64,000 bases of DNA from NCBI GenBank assembly GCA_002269645.1, contig NIVC01000153.1:1-64000 (forward strand), in the 5' to 3' direction. Each line of letters starts with the position of its first letter. Positions within the stretch are counted from its first letter, which is position 1. The notes under the pieces are model-generated. The model saw nothing but the letters and a program-made list of their open reading frames with translations. It was not told the origin of the DNA and did no database searches. Positions 50,944 to 63,515 of the stretch are shown piece by piece. The stretch is from Macrostomum lignano. Taxonomy: Eukaryota. The position numbers and the translations under genes are program-made.

Positions 50944-51327
50944 TCGCCCCTCTATCCACCCTTTCCCTTAGAGAATTGCCTCTATCCACCCTTTCCCTTA
51001 GAGAATTGCCTCTATCCACCCTTCCCCTTAGAGAATCGCCCTCTATCCACCCTTTCCCTTAGAGAATCGCCCTCATCCATCCTTTTCCATAGAGAATCGC
51101 CCTCTATCCACCCTTTCCCTTAGAGAATCGCCCCTCCAGCCACCCTTTCCCTTTGAGAATCGCCCTCTATCCACCCTTTCCCTTAGAGAATCGCCCCTCC
51201 AGCCACCCTTTCCCTTAGAGAATCGCCCCTCCAGCCAACCTTTCCCTTAGAGAATCGCCCTTCCAGCCACCCTTTCCCTTAGAGAATCGCCCCTCCAGCC
51301 ACCCTTTCCCTCAGTGAATCGCCCCTC
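50944..51327. repeat. About 30-bp minisatellite (AGAGAATCGCCCTCTATCCACCCTTTCCCTT)
   Basis: Tandem units. Confidence 0.92.
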
Positions 51328-51642
51328 AATCAATCTACACAAATGTAAGAGAATTAATTACATTAAAACCCCCGGGAGTTTGAAGTCCCTATAAAGTACA
51401 GCACGATCTGCAATATATATACTCTTAGAAAGGTCTATTGTGTTTTGGCTGTATTCCAAGCCAATTTATTCAGATTGAGTCGTCAGAGATGAACAATCAA
51501 TCAGAGATCCAGAAAACGCATTTTCAACTGTATTATTGGTGGATTTGAATAGATAATTGTCCATGTTTTTATAGTTATAAGCGTTAGAAAACGCATACTA
51601 CTCATGAGAAGTAGTACAAAATTAGCGGCGCATTTTTTGCTA

Positions 51643-54600
51643 CTAGATTTCAGAAAAATTCTCTCCATCGAGGGGGCCCTCGCCGGCGTCATGCATGTCG
51701 TCGCGGTCGTCATCGCTGCTGGAGGCTGTTAATTGTTGCGGCGGAGTCCCCTGCTCGAAGCAGTGCTTGATGGCGCTCTTAACGAACGAAGCCGACAGCA
51801 TCTCGGGATCTGTGAAGCGGATGTTAAGACTTGAATCTCCCCAAGCTCGAATATTTCCAAACTCGAATATTCCCAAACTCGAATCTTCCCAAGCTCGAAT
51901 CTTCCCAAACTCGAATCTTCCCAAACTCGAATCTTCCCAAACTCGAATCTTCCCAAGCTCAAATCTTCCCGAACTCGAATCTTCCCAAACTCTAAACTTC
52001 ACAAGCTTGAATCTCCCCAAGCTCGAATCTTCCTGAACTCGAATCCTCCCGAACTCGAATCCTCCCGAACTCGAATCTTCCGGAACTTTACATGTAAACT
52101 CCACAAGTTCAGATTTTCCCAAGCTCGAATATCTTCCCGAACACGAAAAAACTCCCTAGCTCGAATCTTCCCAAACTCGAATCTCCCCAAGCTCGAATCT
52201 CCCCAAGCTCGAATCCGCTCACACTCCCAGGCCAGCCGGGACAATGCCTCTCCGAGGGCCGGATGCTGCTCCAGTAGAGAGCGGCAGTGAGCCAGGCTTC
52301 TGAGCTGAGAACTCATGCGAAGATGAGGCACTGCGATGTCCCAGGACCAGGACTGCAGGTCGTTCGCCTCCAGCAGGGCTTCGTCCATCTTCTCGCGCTC
52401 GCGCTCCATCGGAGGCTGGGCCTGCGTGCACTCGAGCTGCTCCATCTGCTGCAGCTTGGCTATGAGCAGTCTGTGGGTGATCAGGTTCTTCTAAAAGTTG
52501 TCTCAAAGAACTGGAGTTGCAGTAACCAAGGTTATTTGATTAAAAAGGAAAGATGAATTATCTTGATGCATCAGATTTAAAAAAGATAAATTGGTTACAA
52601 GATTGATTGTTACAAGATTGATTGATTACAAGATTGATTGATTACAAGATGCATTGATTACAAGATTGATTGATTACAAGATGCATTGATTACAAGATGC
52701 ATTGATTACAAGATTCATTGTTACAAGATTCAGTGGTTGCAAGATTCATTGATTACAAGATGCATTACATTGATTACAAGATGCATTACATTGATTACAA
52801 GATGCATTGATTACAAGATGCATTACATTGATTACAAGATGCATTGATTACAAGATGCATTGATTACAAGATTGATTGATTACAAGATTCAGTGATGCAA
52901 CAGTTGCATATTGACTCCGTCAGGGATGTCAGGGACTGCAGTAATTACTGCCATAGAGCAATTCTTACCTGAAGTCGTACACGTCAAGCAGGCCGGACCC
53001 GGACCTGTCGCACTCGCTGATCAGATTGATGAGATGGCAGGACATCGGCCGCTGCATTCGGAAGCAGTGCATCTGTATCAGCTGGCCAACGCTGACTCTG
53101 TCTTCGCCGTCGCTGACAATCCTGAAGACCGTCTCCTCCAGCTGCTCTTTGGAGGCGTAAGACAGAAAGAACATCAGCCGGATGAACTCCTTGATGCTGA
53201 TGTACCGGTCGTTGCTCTGTGTGTACAAAAATAAATAAATAAATATGTGTATACTTATGCGCTTAAAATACTACTAGATAATGGACCTGAAAAAAGTTTA
53301 GATATTGAAATTTAGTTTGCCGATTCTCTAAACATTGATTACAATTTTAGAGAGAATTTAATAATAATAAATCTTAACTGGGATATTGTATTTAATATTT
53401 GGTTACGAAGTTACTGCCCCAATTTAACTGCCCCATTTTCACTGCCCCATTTTCACTGCCCCAATTTCACTGCCCCAATTTCACTGCCCCAATTTAACTG
53501 CCCCAATTTAACTGCCCCAATTTCACTGCCCCAATTTAACTGCCCCATGTCACTACCCCAATTTAACTGCCCGAATGTCACTACCCCAATTTCACTGCCC
53601 CAATTTCACTGCCCCAATTTCACTACCCCAATGTCACTGCCCCAATTTCACTGCCCCAATTTAACTGCCCCAATTTAACTGCCCCATGTCACTACCCCAA
53701 TTTAACTGCCCCAATTTAACTACCCCAATGTCACTGCCCCAATGTCACTACCCCAATTTAACTGCCCCCAATTTAACTGCCCCATGTCACTACCCCAATT
53801 TAACTGCCCCAATTTAACTGCCCCAATTTCACTGCCCCAATTTAACTGCCCCATGTCACTACCCCAATTTAACTGCCCGAATGTCACTACCCCAATTTCA
53901 CTGCCCCAATTTCACTGCCCCAATTTCACTACCCCAATGTCACTGCCCCAATTTCACTGCCCCAATTTCACTGCCCCAATTTCACTGCCCCCAATTTCAC
54001 TACCCCAATGTCACTACCCCAATTTCACTGCCCCAATTTCACTGCCCCAATGTCACTACCCCGATTTCACTGCCCCAATTTCACTACCCCAATGTCACTG
54101 TCCCAATGTCACTACCCCAATTTAACTGCCCGAATGTCACTACCCCAATTTCACTGCCCCAATTTCACTGCCCCAATTTCACTACCCCAATGTCACTGCC
54201 CCAATTTCACTGTTCCAATGTCACTACCCCAATGTCACTACCCCAATGTCACTGGCCACTGCCACTGCCTCACCTGAACATGGCTGTTCACCAGCACCAA
54301 AAGCAGCTTCCTATCCAACAGTGCGTCGATAGCAACAAAGGAATTCAGCTGACAAATAGCCAGATCAATCAGCACCTTCTTGGTTTGATCTTTCATTATC
54401 ACCCCGCCGTGAATTCTGTGAAAATAATCACTATACAGACGGCACAGATTCTCGTAGGCTTCGGGATTAATTTCCCAATTATTTTCCAGCCACGGCTCGT
54501 CTGGAATGCGGTTCGGATCGATGGACTGCGTCAGGGATGGCCTGGCGCTGACGGCCTGTGACGTGGCCTCCTTGCTGCTGCTGCTGTTGCCGCCGCCGCC

Positions 54601-54684
54601 GCCTTCGCCGCTGTTCTGTCGCTGCTCAGTCAGGGTGAGCCGTTTCTCTAGCCGCTGCAGAAATTTATTGCGCTGAGCTCTCAT
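51643..54684 (-). CDS. EF-hand domain protein of unknown family (about 357 aa, 4 exons)
   Basis: Exons 54684-54274, 53216-52969, 52470-52223, 51809-51643 (phases 0, 2, 1; 1074 nt). EF-hand-like loops SNDRYISIKEF and DRSGSGLLDVYDF. GC3-rich codons. Confidence 0.7.
51828..52215. repeat. 16-bp minisatellite (CTTCCCAAACTCGAAT) forming nearly the whole intron
   Basis: Tandem units within intron 51810-52222. Confidence 0.92.
52590..52892. repeat. 16-bp minisatellite (ATTGATTACAAGATGC)
   Basis: Tandem units. Confidence 0.92.
53412..54262. repeat. 14-bp minisatellite (AATTTCACTGCCCC)
   Basis: Tandem units in EF-hand gene intron 1. Confidence 0.93.
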
Positions 54685-54879
54685 ACTTTTGCAGGCTTGA
54701 GAATGATTATTCAAGATTGACACTGAATGCTAAATAATGAAAACATATGACTGGATCCACTTATAACCCTTCTTTGGTTCCGACCATAGACAAAACCTCG
54801 CGTCACTTAGCTTTGAATTTTAAAGAGGGTCAAACATTCCATCCCATGCGTCTGTGGCGTGCGCAGAGGGCCGGTGTTA

Positions 54880-55198
54880 GGCTTTGCAATCTCCGTGCGC
54901 TTGCAGTCTCCGGCCGGAGATCGCAAGACAAATGTGACTCGGCTTTGCAATCTCCGTGCGCTTGCAGTCTCCGGCCGGAGATCGCAAGACAAATGTGACT
55001 CGGCTTTGCAATCTCCGTGCGCTTGCAGTCTCCGGCCGGAGATCGCAAGACAAATGTGACTCTGCTTTGCAATCTCCGTGCGCTTGCAGTCTCCGGCCGG
55101 AGATCGCAAGACAAATGTGACTCTGCTTTGCGATCTCCGTGCGCTTGCAGTCTCCGGCCGGAGATGGCAAGACAAATGTGACTCTGCTTTGCGATCTA
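54880..55198. repeat. 61-bp tandem repeat (5 units plus a partial) with an internal palindrome
   Basis: Units start at 54881, 54942, 55003, 55064, 55125; each contains TTGCAGTCTCCGGCCGGAGATCGCAA or a close variant. Confidence 0.95.
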
Positions 55199-56088
55199 CA
55201 GTCCCGGACAACGCAAGGCATAACATAAGTCGTGCCTTGCGTTTTCCCTGATTTGAGATTTCCGGGGGTAAAAATGTACATGAGCGGTGTGCAGCCTCGA
55301 GGCTAAAACTCTGCCAAATAATTATTGGTTGCATGTGCGGGGACTCACACGGCCTTATATACGAACAGCTGTGTACTTTGCAGCGTGAGATCTAGCTAAA
55401 TTGTCAGTGTAATTGCGCAATGCATAATTCATTGCCTCTGATGCTCAGTGTATTTAAAAAGCTATTTAATTAATGTCAAAGGATTGCCAAAAGTGTGGAG
55501 AGAATCAAACCTGGCAATCTACTCATAGTAGAAGTGCTTCCCCAATATTCTGTTGACTTTAACTAATTGAACTAACAAATTAATTAAACTAAATACTAAT
55601 AACTACTAACTAACTACGCTCCTAATTTAACTAATTGATTAAAAATACAAAACAACAATTGCGTCTTGAAATTTTTGACAATTTGGTATTTATTGCTTCT
55701 TTGCTTTGAAAATATTCAACTGACAAATCGTTCTTTGACCCGGACTTCACAATCCGGATATCGCAAAGCAAACCTTAGTTCTTCGCCCGGATATTTCAAC
55801 CTGCTTGTGACTTCCGGGGAACGGACCCCGGAGAACGCAAAGTAGCTTGAGATATCCGGACCGGATGCTTAAAGATGCTTGGAATATCTGGAGGGGGATC
55901 AGAAAGTACTTGTACTATCTGGGCGGACAACACAAGACACGGATATCTTCAACATCCGAAAGTATAACAACGGTGCCGTGGGGCCGCCTTCATAAAATTT
56001 ACTCTCCTTCAAAAACTAGAAGAGGCAGCCGACGAATGACAGAAGCTCAAATTTTGCCTCCCGCTTGGACGTTGGCATCACCGGCTTA

Positions 56089-58570
56089 AGACACAGTGGC
56101 GCCCATCTAAAGAGACAGTGGCGCCCATCTAAAGAGACAGTGGCGCCCATCTAAAGAGACAGTGGCGCCCATCTAAAGAGACAGTGGCGCCCATCTAAAG
56201 AGACAGTGGCGCCCATCTAAAGAGACAGTGGCGCCCATCTAAAGAGACAGTGGCGCCCATCTAAAGAGACAGTGGCGCCCATCTAAAGCACAATAGCGCC
56301 CATCTAAAGACACAGTGGCGCCCATCTAAAGAGACAGTGGCGCCCATCTAAAGAGACAGTGGCGCCCATCTAAAGAGACAGTGGCGCCCATCTAAAGCAC
56401 AATAGCGCCCATCTAAGACACAGTGGCGCCCATCTAAAGACACAGTGGCGCCCATCTAAAGAGACAGTGGCGCCCATCTAAAGCACAATAGCGCCCATCT
56501 AAGACACAGTGGCGCCCATCTAAAGAGACAGTGGCGCCCATCTAAAGACACAGTGGCGCCCATCTAAAGAGACAGTGGCGCCCATCTAAAGAGACAGTGG
56601 CGCCCATCTAAAGAGGCAGTGGCGCCCATCTAAAGAGACTGTGACGCCCATCTAAAGAGACAGTGGCGCCCATCTAAAGAGACAGTGGCGCCCATCTAAA
56701 GAGACAGTGGCGCCCATCTAAAGAGACAGTGGCGCCCATCTAAAGGCACAGTGGCGCCCATCTAAAGACACAGTGGCGCCCATCTAAAGAGACAGTGGCG
56801 CCCATCTAAAGGCACAATAGCGCCCATCTAAAGACACAGTGGCGCCCATCTAAAGAGATAGTGGCGCCCATCTAAAGCACAATAGCGCCCATCTAAGACA
56901 CAGTGGCGCCCATCTAAAGACACAGTGGCGCCCATCTAAAGACACAGTGGCGCCCATCTAAAGACACAGTGGCGCCCATCTAAAGACACAGTGGCGCCCA
57001 TCTAAAGACACAGTGGCGCCCATCTAAAGACACAGTGGCGCCCATCTAAAGACACAGTGGCGCCCATCTAAAGAGACAGTGGCGCCCATCTAAAGACACA
57101 GTGGCGCCCATCTAAAGAGACAGTGGCGCCCATCTAAAGAGACAGTGGCGCCCATCTAAAGAGACAGTGGCGCCCATCTAAAGAGACAGTGGCGCCCATC
57201 TAAAGAGACAGTGGCGCCCATCTAAAGAGACAGTGGCGCCCATCTAAAGAGACAGTGGCGCCCATCTAAAGAGACAGTGGCGCCCATCTAAAGAGACAGT
57301 GGCGCCCATCTAAAGAGACAGTGGCGCCCATCTAAAGAGACAGTGGCGCCCATCTAAAGAGACAGTGGCGCCCATCTAAAGAGACAGTGGCGCCCATCTA
57401 AAGCACAATAGCGCCCATCTAAAGACACAGTGGCGCCCATCTAAAGAGACAGTGGCGCCCATCTAAAGAGACAGTGGCGCCCATCTAAAGAGACAGTGGC
57501 GCCCATCTAAAGAGACTGTGACGCCCATCTAAAGAGACAGTGGCGCCCATCTAAAGAGACAGTGGCGCCCATCTAAAGAGACAGTGGCGCCCATCTAAAG
57601 AGACAGTGGCGCCCATCTAAAGAGACAGTGGCGCCCATCTAAAGACACAGTGGCGCCCATCTAAAGAGACAGTGGCGCCCATCTAAAGGCACAATAGCGC
57701 CCATCTAAAGACACAGTGGCGCCCATCTAAAGAGATAGTGGCGCCCATCTAAAGCACAATAGCGCCCATCTAAGACACAGTGGCGCCCATCTAAAGACAC
57801 AGTGGCGCCCATCTAAAGACACAGTGGCGCCCATCTAAAGACACAGTGGCGCCCATCTAAAGACACAGTGGCGCCCATCTAAAGACACAGTGGCGCCCAT
57901 CTAAAGACACAGTGGCGCCCATCTAAAGACACAGTGGCGCCCATCTAAAGACACAGTGGCGCCCATCTAAAGAGACAGTGGCGCCCATCTAAAGAGACAG
58001 TGGCGCCCATCTAAAGAGACAGTGGCGCCCATCTAAAGAGACAGTGGCGCCCATCTAAAGAGAAAGTGGCGCCCATCTAAAGACACAGTGGCGCCCATCT
58101 AAAGAGACAGTGGCGCCCATCTAAAGAGACAGTGGCGCCCATCTAAAGAGACAGTGGCGCCCATCTAAAGAGACAGTGGCGCCCATCTAAAGAGACAGTG
58201 GCGCCCATCTAAAGAGACAGTGGCGCCCATCTAAAGAGACAGTGGCGCCCATCTAAAGCACAATATCGCCCATCTAAGACACAGTGGCGCCCATCTAAAG
58301 AGACAGTGGCGCCCATCTAAAGACACAGTGGCGCCCATCTAAAGCACAATAGCGCCCATCTAAGACACAGTGGCGCCCATCTAAAGAGACAGTGGCGCCC
58401 ATCTAAAGAGACAGTGGCGCCCATCTAAAGAGACAGTGGTGCCCATCTAAAGCACAATAGCGCCCATCTAAGACACAGTGGCGCCCATCTAAAGACACAG
58501 TGGCGCCCATCTAAAGAGACAGTGGCGCCCATCTAAAGGCACAATAGCGCCCATCTAAAGACACAGTGGT
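56089..58570. repeat. 22-bp minisatellite (GACAGTGGCGCCCATCTAAAGA) with an 877-bp higher-order duplication
   Basis: About 110 units; rare variants recur 877 bp apart. Confidence 0.97.
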
Positions 58571-58894
58571 TATTGATTTTGCGTCATAGACCAGCGAGAC
58601 AGCGCTGCTATGGAGCATAAGAAGTGAGCTCTTATCCTTTACATCCCGCTTTTCTCCTATTTGTTCACACTGGGCTGTGTGAGACCTTGTGGGTGTGAGT
58701 GTTTTACAGCTCTTATTATAGTTCATTCGTGTTACGATTGTTATGTTCTATTAGTGCTACTTTACCTATATTGTTGGTTGGTAGCTTGTATTGGTCACGC
58801 TTATGAGTACCATTGCATGCTTCCAAAACCAGCCTCCTAACTCATTCACCTCTAGTCGCTGTCGATCCCTTTCAACTCCATCCTTCAGGCCCAC

Positions 58895-59350
58895 TAACCT
58901 CCCCCATTAACCTCCCCATCAACTCTCCCCCATCAACTCTCCCCCCATCAAGTCTGTCCCATCAACTCCCCCCATAAACTCTCCCTCGTCAACTCCCCTC
59001 ATCAACTCCCCCCCATCAACTCTCCCCCGTCAACTCTCCCCCATAAACTCTCCCTCATCAACTCTCCCCCATCAACTCTCCCTCATTAACTCTCCCCCAT
59101 CAACTCCCCCATAAACTCTCCCTCGTCAACTCCCCTCATCAACTCCCCCCATCAACTCTCCCCATAAACTCTCCCTCGTCAACTCTCCCCCATCAACTCT
59201 CCCCCATCAAGTCTCTCCCATCAACTCTCCTCCATCAAGTCTGCCCCATCAAGTCTCCCCCCATCAAGTCTCCCCCATCAACTCTCCCCCATCAACTCTC
59301 CCCCATCAACTCTCCCCCATCAACTATCAATTCTCCATCAGCTCCCCCCC
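58895..59350. repeat. C-rich minisatellite of about 14 bp (CATCAACTCTCCCC)
   Basis: Tandem units. Confidence 0.9.
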
Positions 59351-60239
59351 TATTCCCTCTCTATTCACTCCCCTCTAGTTTGCAGCGTTTAAAGGTATAA
59401 ATTTAAGCCTCTGCCGCTGCTGTAGTTTAAAGTCTGTCATTTATTGTTTAAAACAAACTTGGCTGTGCATAGCTAATATAAACTATGCATAGAATAAATT
59501 TGAATTCTATATTCAAGAACTGGCCAGTATAGCAAGATCGTATCAGGACCCAATGATCTTCCAGTCAATATAACAAAATTATTTCCTTGGTTGAGAACTG
59601 GGAGTGGGTGCTTATAGAAGACAGTGAGTGGACTCGGTTGAGTTATAAGCGACTGAGTTCTGCAGCAGCACTAGGCAGTTAAAAAAGGAAGCAAGTCAGG
59701 CACGAGTGAAAAAGAAAGGAGCAGGTGATTTTTCTCCCATTGCTTGTGGCCGGCCCCCTCTGCCCGATCGCTGCCCTTGCAGGCCAATCGGAAAATTCAT
59801 GAAGTTCTAAAGCTAAAATATTCGAAAACAGAAAATATTGATAGAAACACAGTTTATAAGCTTTTTAAACGTAAACGTAAGAGAAATGATGAAGTTAACA
59901 GACGAAATGAACTCTACAAAAGAAATATTATTATTATTATTATTTATTATAGTTGATGGGCTAAGACACTAAGTATCTCATTGCTTTTTGGTTGAATACA
60001 CAACTTCAGAAGTCAACAACGGGGTCGCCATGACCCTTAGATCTAGGGGAGGGGGGTCAAAACGGGAGTCATCTGACCCCAACCACTTGGAAAAATGGAC
60101 TTAATAAACTTAAGTAGACAGATAGAACTGGCGGTCTCCAGTCCAAGTGTTGACTGGATTTTCCAACTCCTTGATAACTTGAGCCGGGGGGACAGGGAGG
60201 GGGTGGTGGGGGTGGCTGCAGGCCCGCCGCCACCAGTCA

Positions 60240-60315
60240 GCGGACCAATGAGAGCACCGCGACCGGCCCGCGGGGCGGAGACAGCACCCGCGACAAACTT
60301 GCCCGGATAAATAAC
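60240..60315 (+). promoter_or_regulatory. Putative proximal promoter of the bHLH gene
   Basis: CCAAT at 60245, GC box GGGGCGG at 60272 and TATA-like GATAAATA at 60306, in canonical order 85-150 bp upstream of ATG60398. Motif match only. Confidence 0.45.
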
Positions 60316-60397
60316 TGCCAGCACAAACTGCAAGCACCCTCCCTAGCATTAATCCCCCCCAGTGAGTTATTAGCAGAGCAACAAAAGTTAGCACAGC

Positions 60398-61992
60398 ATG
60401 GCGGATGTTGACAGCAAATGTGGAATTTTGTATCTGAGCGGCTGCGGTGACAGCGGAGTTTATCCGCACTGGCATAGCCAGCCTCAGCCTCTGCCCGGCT
60501 CTGATTTTATCTACATCAATCAGCCAACCTGTCAGGTGCCTCATCATCAGGGTGAGCTTCTGCTGCCGCAGCATCCCCAGCAGTATCAGCACCAGTTGGC
60601 TGACTTTGATGAACAGCACCAGCTGTACCAGCAGCTCCAGTACCAGCAGCAGCAGCAGCCGCCGATCTTCGCAAACAGTTTGCCAACCTGCTCAGCTGGT
60701 TACTCGTCCAGCCCAGTGGCCTATCTGGCCTCCCCTGCCGAGGCCTCCGACTGCTCCGGCGGTGGCTTCCTGCTGGCCGCCGGGACAGCCGAGGACGACG
60801 ACGAGGTCCAGCAGCAGCAGCCGCGGCTCCCGACAGACTCGACGTCAAGTGTCTCCTCCTCGCTGATGACCGGGGCTTCGCCTCCTTACCCCTGCGCCGC
60901 CTCCTCGGCCACCGTCCCGGCTACAGGCGGCTGCTCGGGCAGGAATAATCGAAAGCTGACAAAGTCGGCCTCCGCGCCTTGCGGCGGCGAGGCTGCGAGG
61001 CCAGGGTCTGGTAGCGGCGGCGGCGGCGGCGAGACGAAAGTGAAGACGCCGTTGATGGTGGCGAAGAGGAACGCCAGGGAGCGGCGCAGAGTTGAAGCGG
61101 TGAACTCGGCGTTTGCCAGGCTGAGGAAGTGAGTTTTCTTTTCAGCTGTTCTGTTTGCTGTTCTGTTTGTTGTTCTGTTTGCTGTTCTGTTTGTTGTTCT
61201 GTTCGCTGTTCTGTTTGCTGTTCTGTTTGCTGTTCTGTTTGCTGTTCTGTTTGTTGTTCTGTTCGCTGTTCTGTTTGCTGTTCTGTTTGCTGTTCTGTTT
61301 GTTGTTCTGTTCGCTGTTCTGTTTGCTGTTCTGTTTGCTGTTCTGTTGGATCTGAAGCCATGACAGTTACGATATTATCTATCCCTTATTGTCCCCATAA
61401 TACCCCTCTCTTTGCTAAATATTTCCGCTAAGAATGCGCCTGAAAATCGCCCGAGAATACCCCAATATACCACTAGAATACCATCAAAAATACCCTAAGA
61501 ATAAATACCCCCAAAATAAACCTAAGAATACCCTTACAAAAATCGCCTTGAGAAATGAGAATACCCCATAGAATAAAGTTGTAAACATCAGAATTAACCG
61601 ATACCCACCTAGATTTCTTTCTCTCCCTATAATTCTTTTAAATGATGAATAAGTATGAATATAAATTTAAAATATTATCAATATTGCATGGCTTCGATTA
61701 ATATTGACTAGAAAAACACATTACCTCGTATAAACTATAGTTCAAGACGTCCTTTTAAAACTTTATATACAGACTGCGCCAACCCTTGCCCCGCAGGTAC
61801 ATCCCGTACGAGAAGCGCAACAAGCGTCTATCAAAGGTGAAAACACTTCGAATCACAATTGAGTACATTCAACTGCTGCAGCAGGTACTGCACGAGTTTG
61901 ATAGCGGCGTCGACACGGAGTCTAGCGTTAATTATCAGAGCCTGCTGCAGCTGGTCCAGCGCAAGGAGCTGGCCGTGCCGCTGACCGATTGA
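60398..61992 (+). CDS. Achaete-scute-related bHLH transcription factor (308 aa)
   Basis: Exons 60398-61128 and 61797-61992 (phase 2, AA|G). bHLH VAKRNARERRRVEAVNSAFARLRKYIPYEKRNKRLSKVKTLRITIEYIQLL. Orthogroup not resolvable by eye. Confidence 0.9.
61143..61347. repeat. 12-bp repeat (GCTGTTCTGTTT) at the 5' end of the bHLH intron
   Basis: Tandem units. Confidence 0.95.
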
Positions 61993-63515
61993 GTGTGTTT
62001 TCTGTGAGAGTGACTGTGAGAGTGCTTAGTCAGAGTGACTTGTACAGTGTGAGAGTGCTTAGTCAGAGTGACTTGTACAGTGTGAGAGTGCTTAGTCAGA
62101 GTGACTGTGTACAGGGTGAGAGTGCTTAGTCGGAGTGACTGTTTTCAGTGTGAGAATGCTTAGTCAGAGTGACTATTTACAGTGTGAGAGTGCTTAGTCA
62201 GAGTGACTGTTTACAGTGTGAGAGTGCTTAGTCAGAGTGACTGTTTACAGTGTGAGAGTGACTAGTCAGAGTGACTGTTTACAGTGTGAGAGTGACTAGT
62301 CAGAGTAACTATTTACAGTGTGAGAGTGCTTAGTCAGAGTGACTGTACAGTGTGAGAGTGCTTAGTCAGAGTGACTGTTTTCAGTGTGAGAGTGCTTAGT
62401 CAGAGTGACTGTGTACAGTGTGAGAGTGCTTAGTCAGAGTGACTGTTTACAGTGTGAGAGTGACTAGTCAGAGTGACTGTTTACAGTGTGAGAGTGCTTA
62501 GTCAGAGTGACTGTTTACAGTGTGAGAGTGACTAGTCAGAGTGACTGTTTACAGTGTGAGAGTGCTTAGTCAGAGTGACTGTTTACAGTGTGAGAGTGAC
62601 TAGTCAGAGTGACTGTTTACAGTATGAGAGTGACTAGTCAGAGTGACTGTTTACAGTGTGAGAGTGACTAGTCAGAGTGACTGTTTACAGTATGAGAGTG
62701 ACTAGTCAGAGTGACTGTTTACAGTGTGAGAGTGCTTAGTCAGAGTGACTGTTTACAGTGTGAGAGTGCTTAGTCAGAGTGACTGTTTACAGTGTGAGAG
62801 TGCTTAGTCAGAGTGACTGTTTACAGTGTGAGAGTGACTAGTCAGAGTGACTGTTTACAGTGTGAGAGTGACTAGTCAGAGTAACTATTTACAGTGTGAG
62901 AGTGCTTAGTCAGAGTGACTGTACAGTGTGAGAGTGCTTAGTCAGAGTGACTGTTTTCAGTGTGAGAGTGCTTAGTCAGAGTGACTGTGTACAGTGTGAG
63001 AATGCTTAGTCGGAGTGACTGTTTACAGTGTGAGAGTGCTTAGTCGGAGTGACTGTTTACAGTTTGAGAGTGACTAGTCAGAGTGACTGTTTACAGTGTG
63101 AGAGTGCTTAGTCAGAGTGACTGTTTACAGTGTGAGAGTGACTAGTCAGAGTGACTGTTTACAGTGTGAGAGTGACTAGTCAGAGTGACTGTTTACAGTG
63201 TGAGAGTGACTAGTCAGAGTGACTGTTTACAGTGTGAGAGTGACTAGTCAGAGTGACTGTTTACAGTGTGAGAGTGCTTAGTCGGAGTGACTGTTTACAG
63301 TGTGAGAGTGACTAGTCAGAGTGACTGTTTACAGTGTGAGAGTGACTAGTCAGAGTGACTGTTTACAGTGTGAGAGTGCTTAGTCGGAGTGACTGTTTAC
63401 AGTTTGAGAGTGACTAGTCAGAGTGACTGTTTACAGTGTGAGAGTGCTTAGTCGGAGTGACTGTGTACAGTGTGAGAGTGACTAGTCAGAGTGACTGTGT
63501 ACAGTGTGAGAGTGC
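61990..63515. repeat. 34-bp minisatellite (CAGTGTGAGAGTGCTTAGTCAGAGTGACTGTTTA) directly after the bHLH stop
   Basis: About 45 units; rare variant GTAACTATTT recurs at 62305 and 62881. Confidence 0.95.

Noticed and set aside
52491-52969. Apparent frameshift in the EF-hand gene at the TAG acceptor 52491
   Set aside because: A downstream CACAG acceptor (exon start 52470) restores phase 2 without an indel.
55730-55960. Cluster of CCGGATAT/ATATCCGG motifs as a transposon
   Set aside because: Probably a decayed hAT subterminal region, but no TIR or TSD could be defined.
54880-58570. CRISPR-like arrays
   Set aside because: No unique spacers, no cas genes, and eukaryotic intron-containing context.
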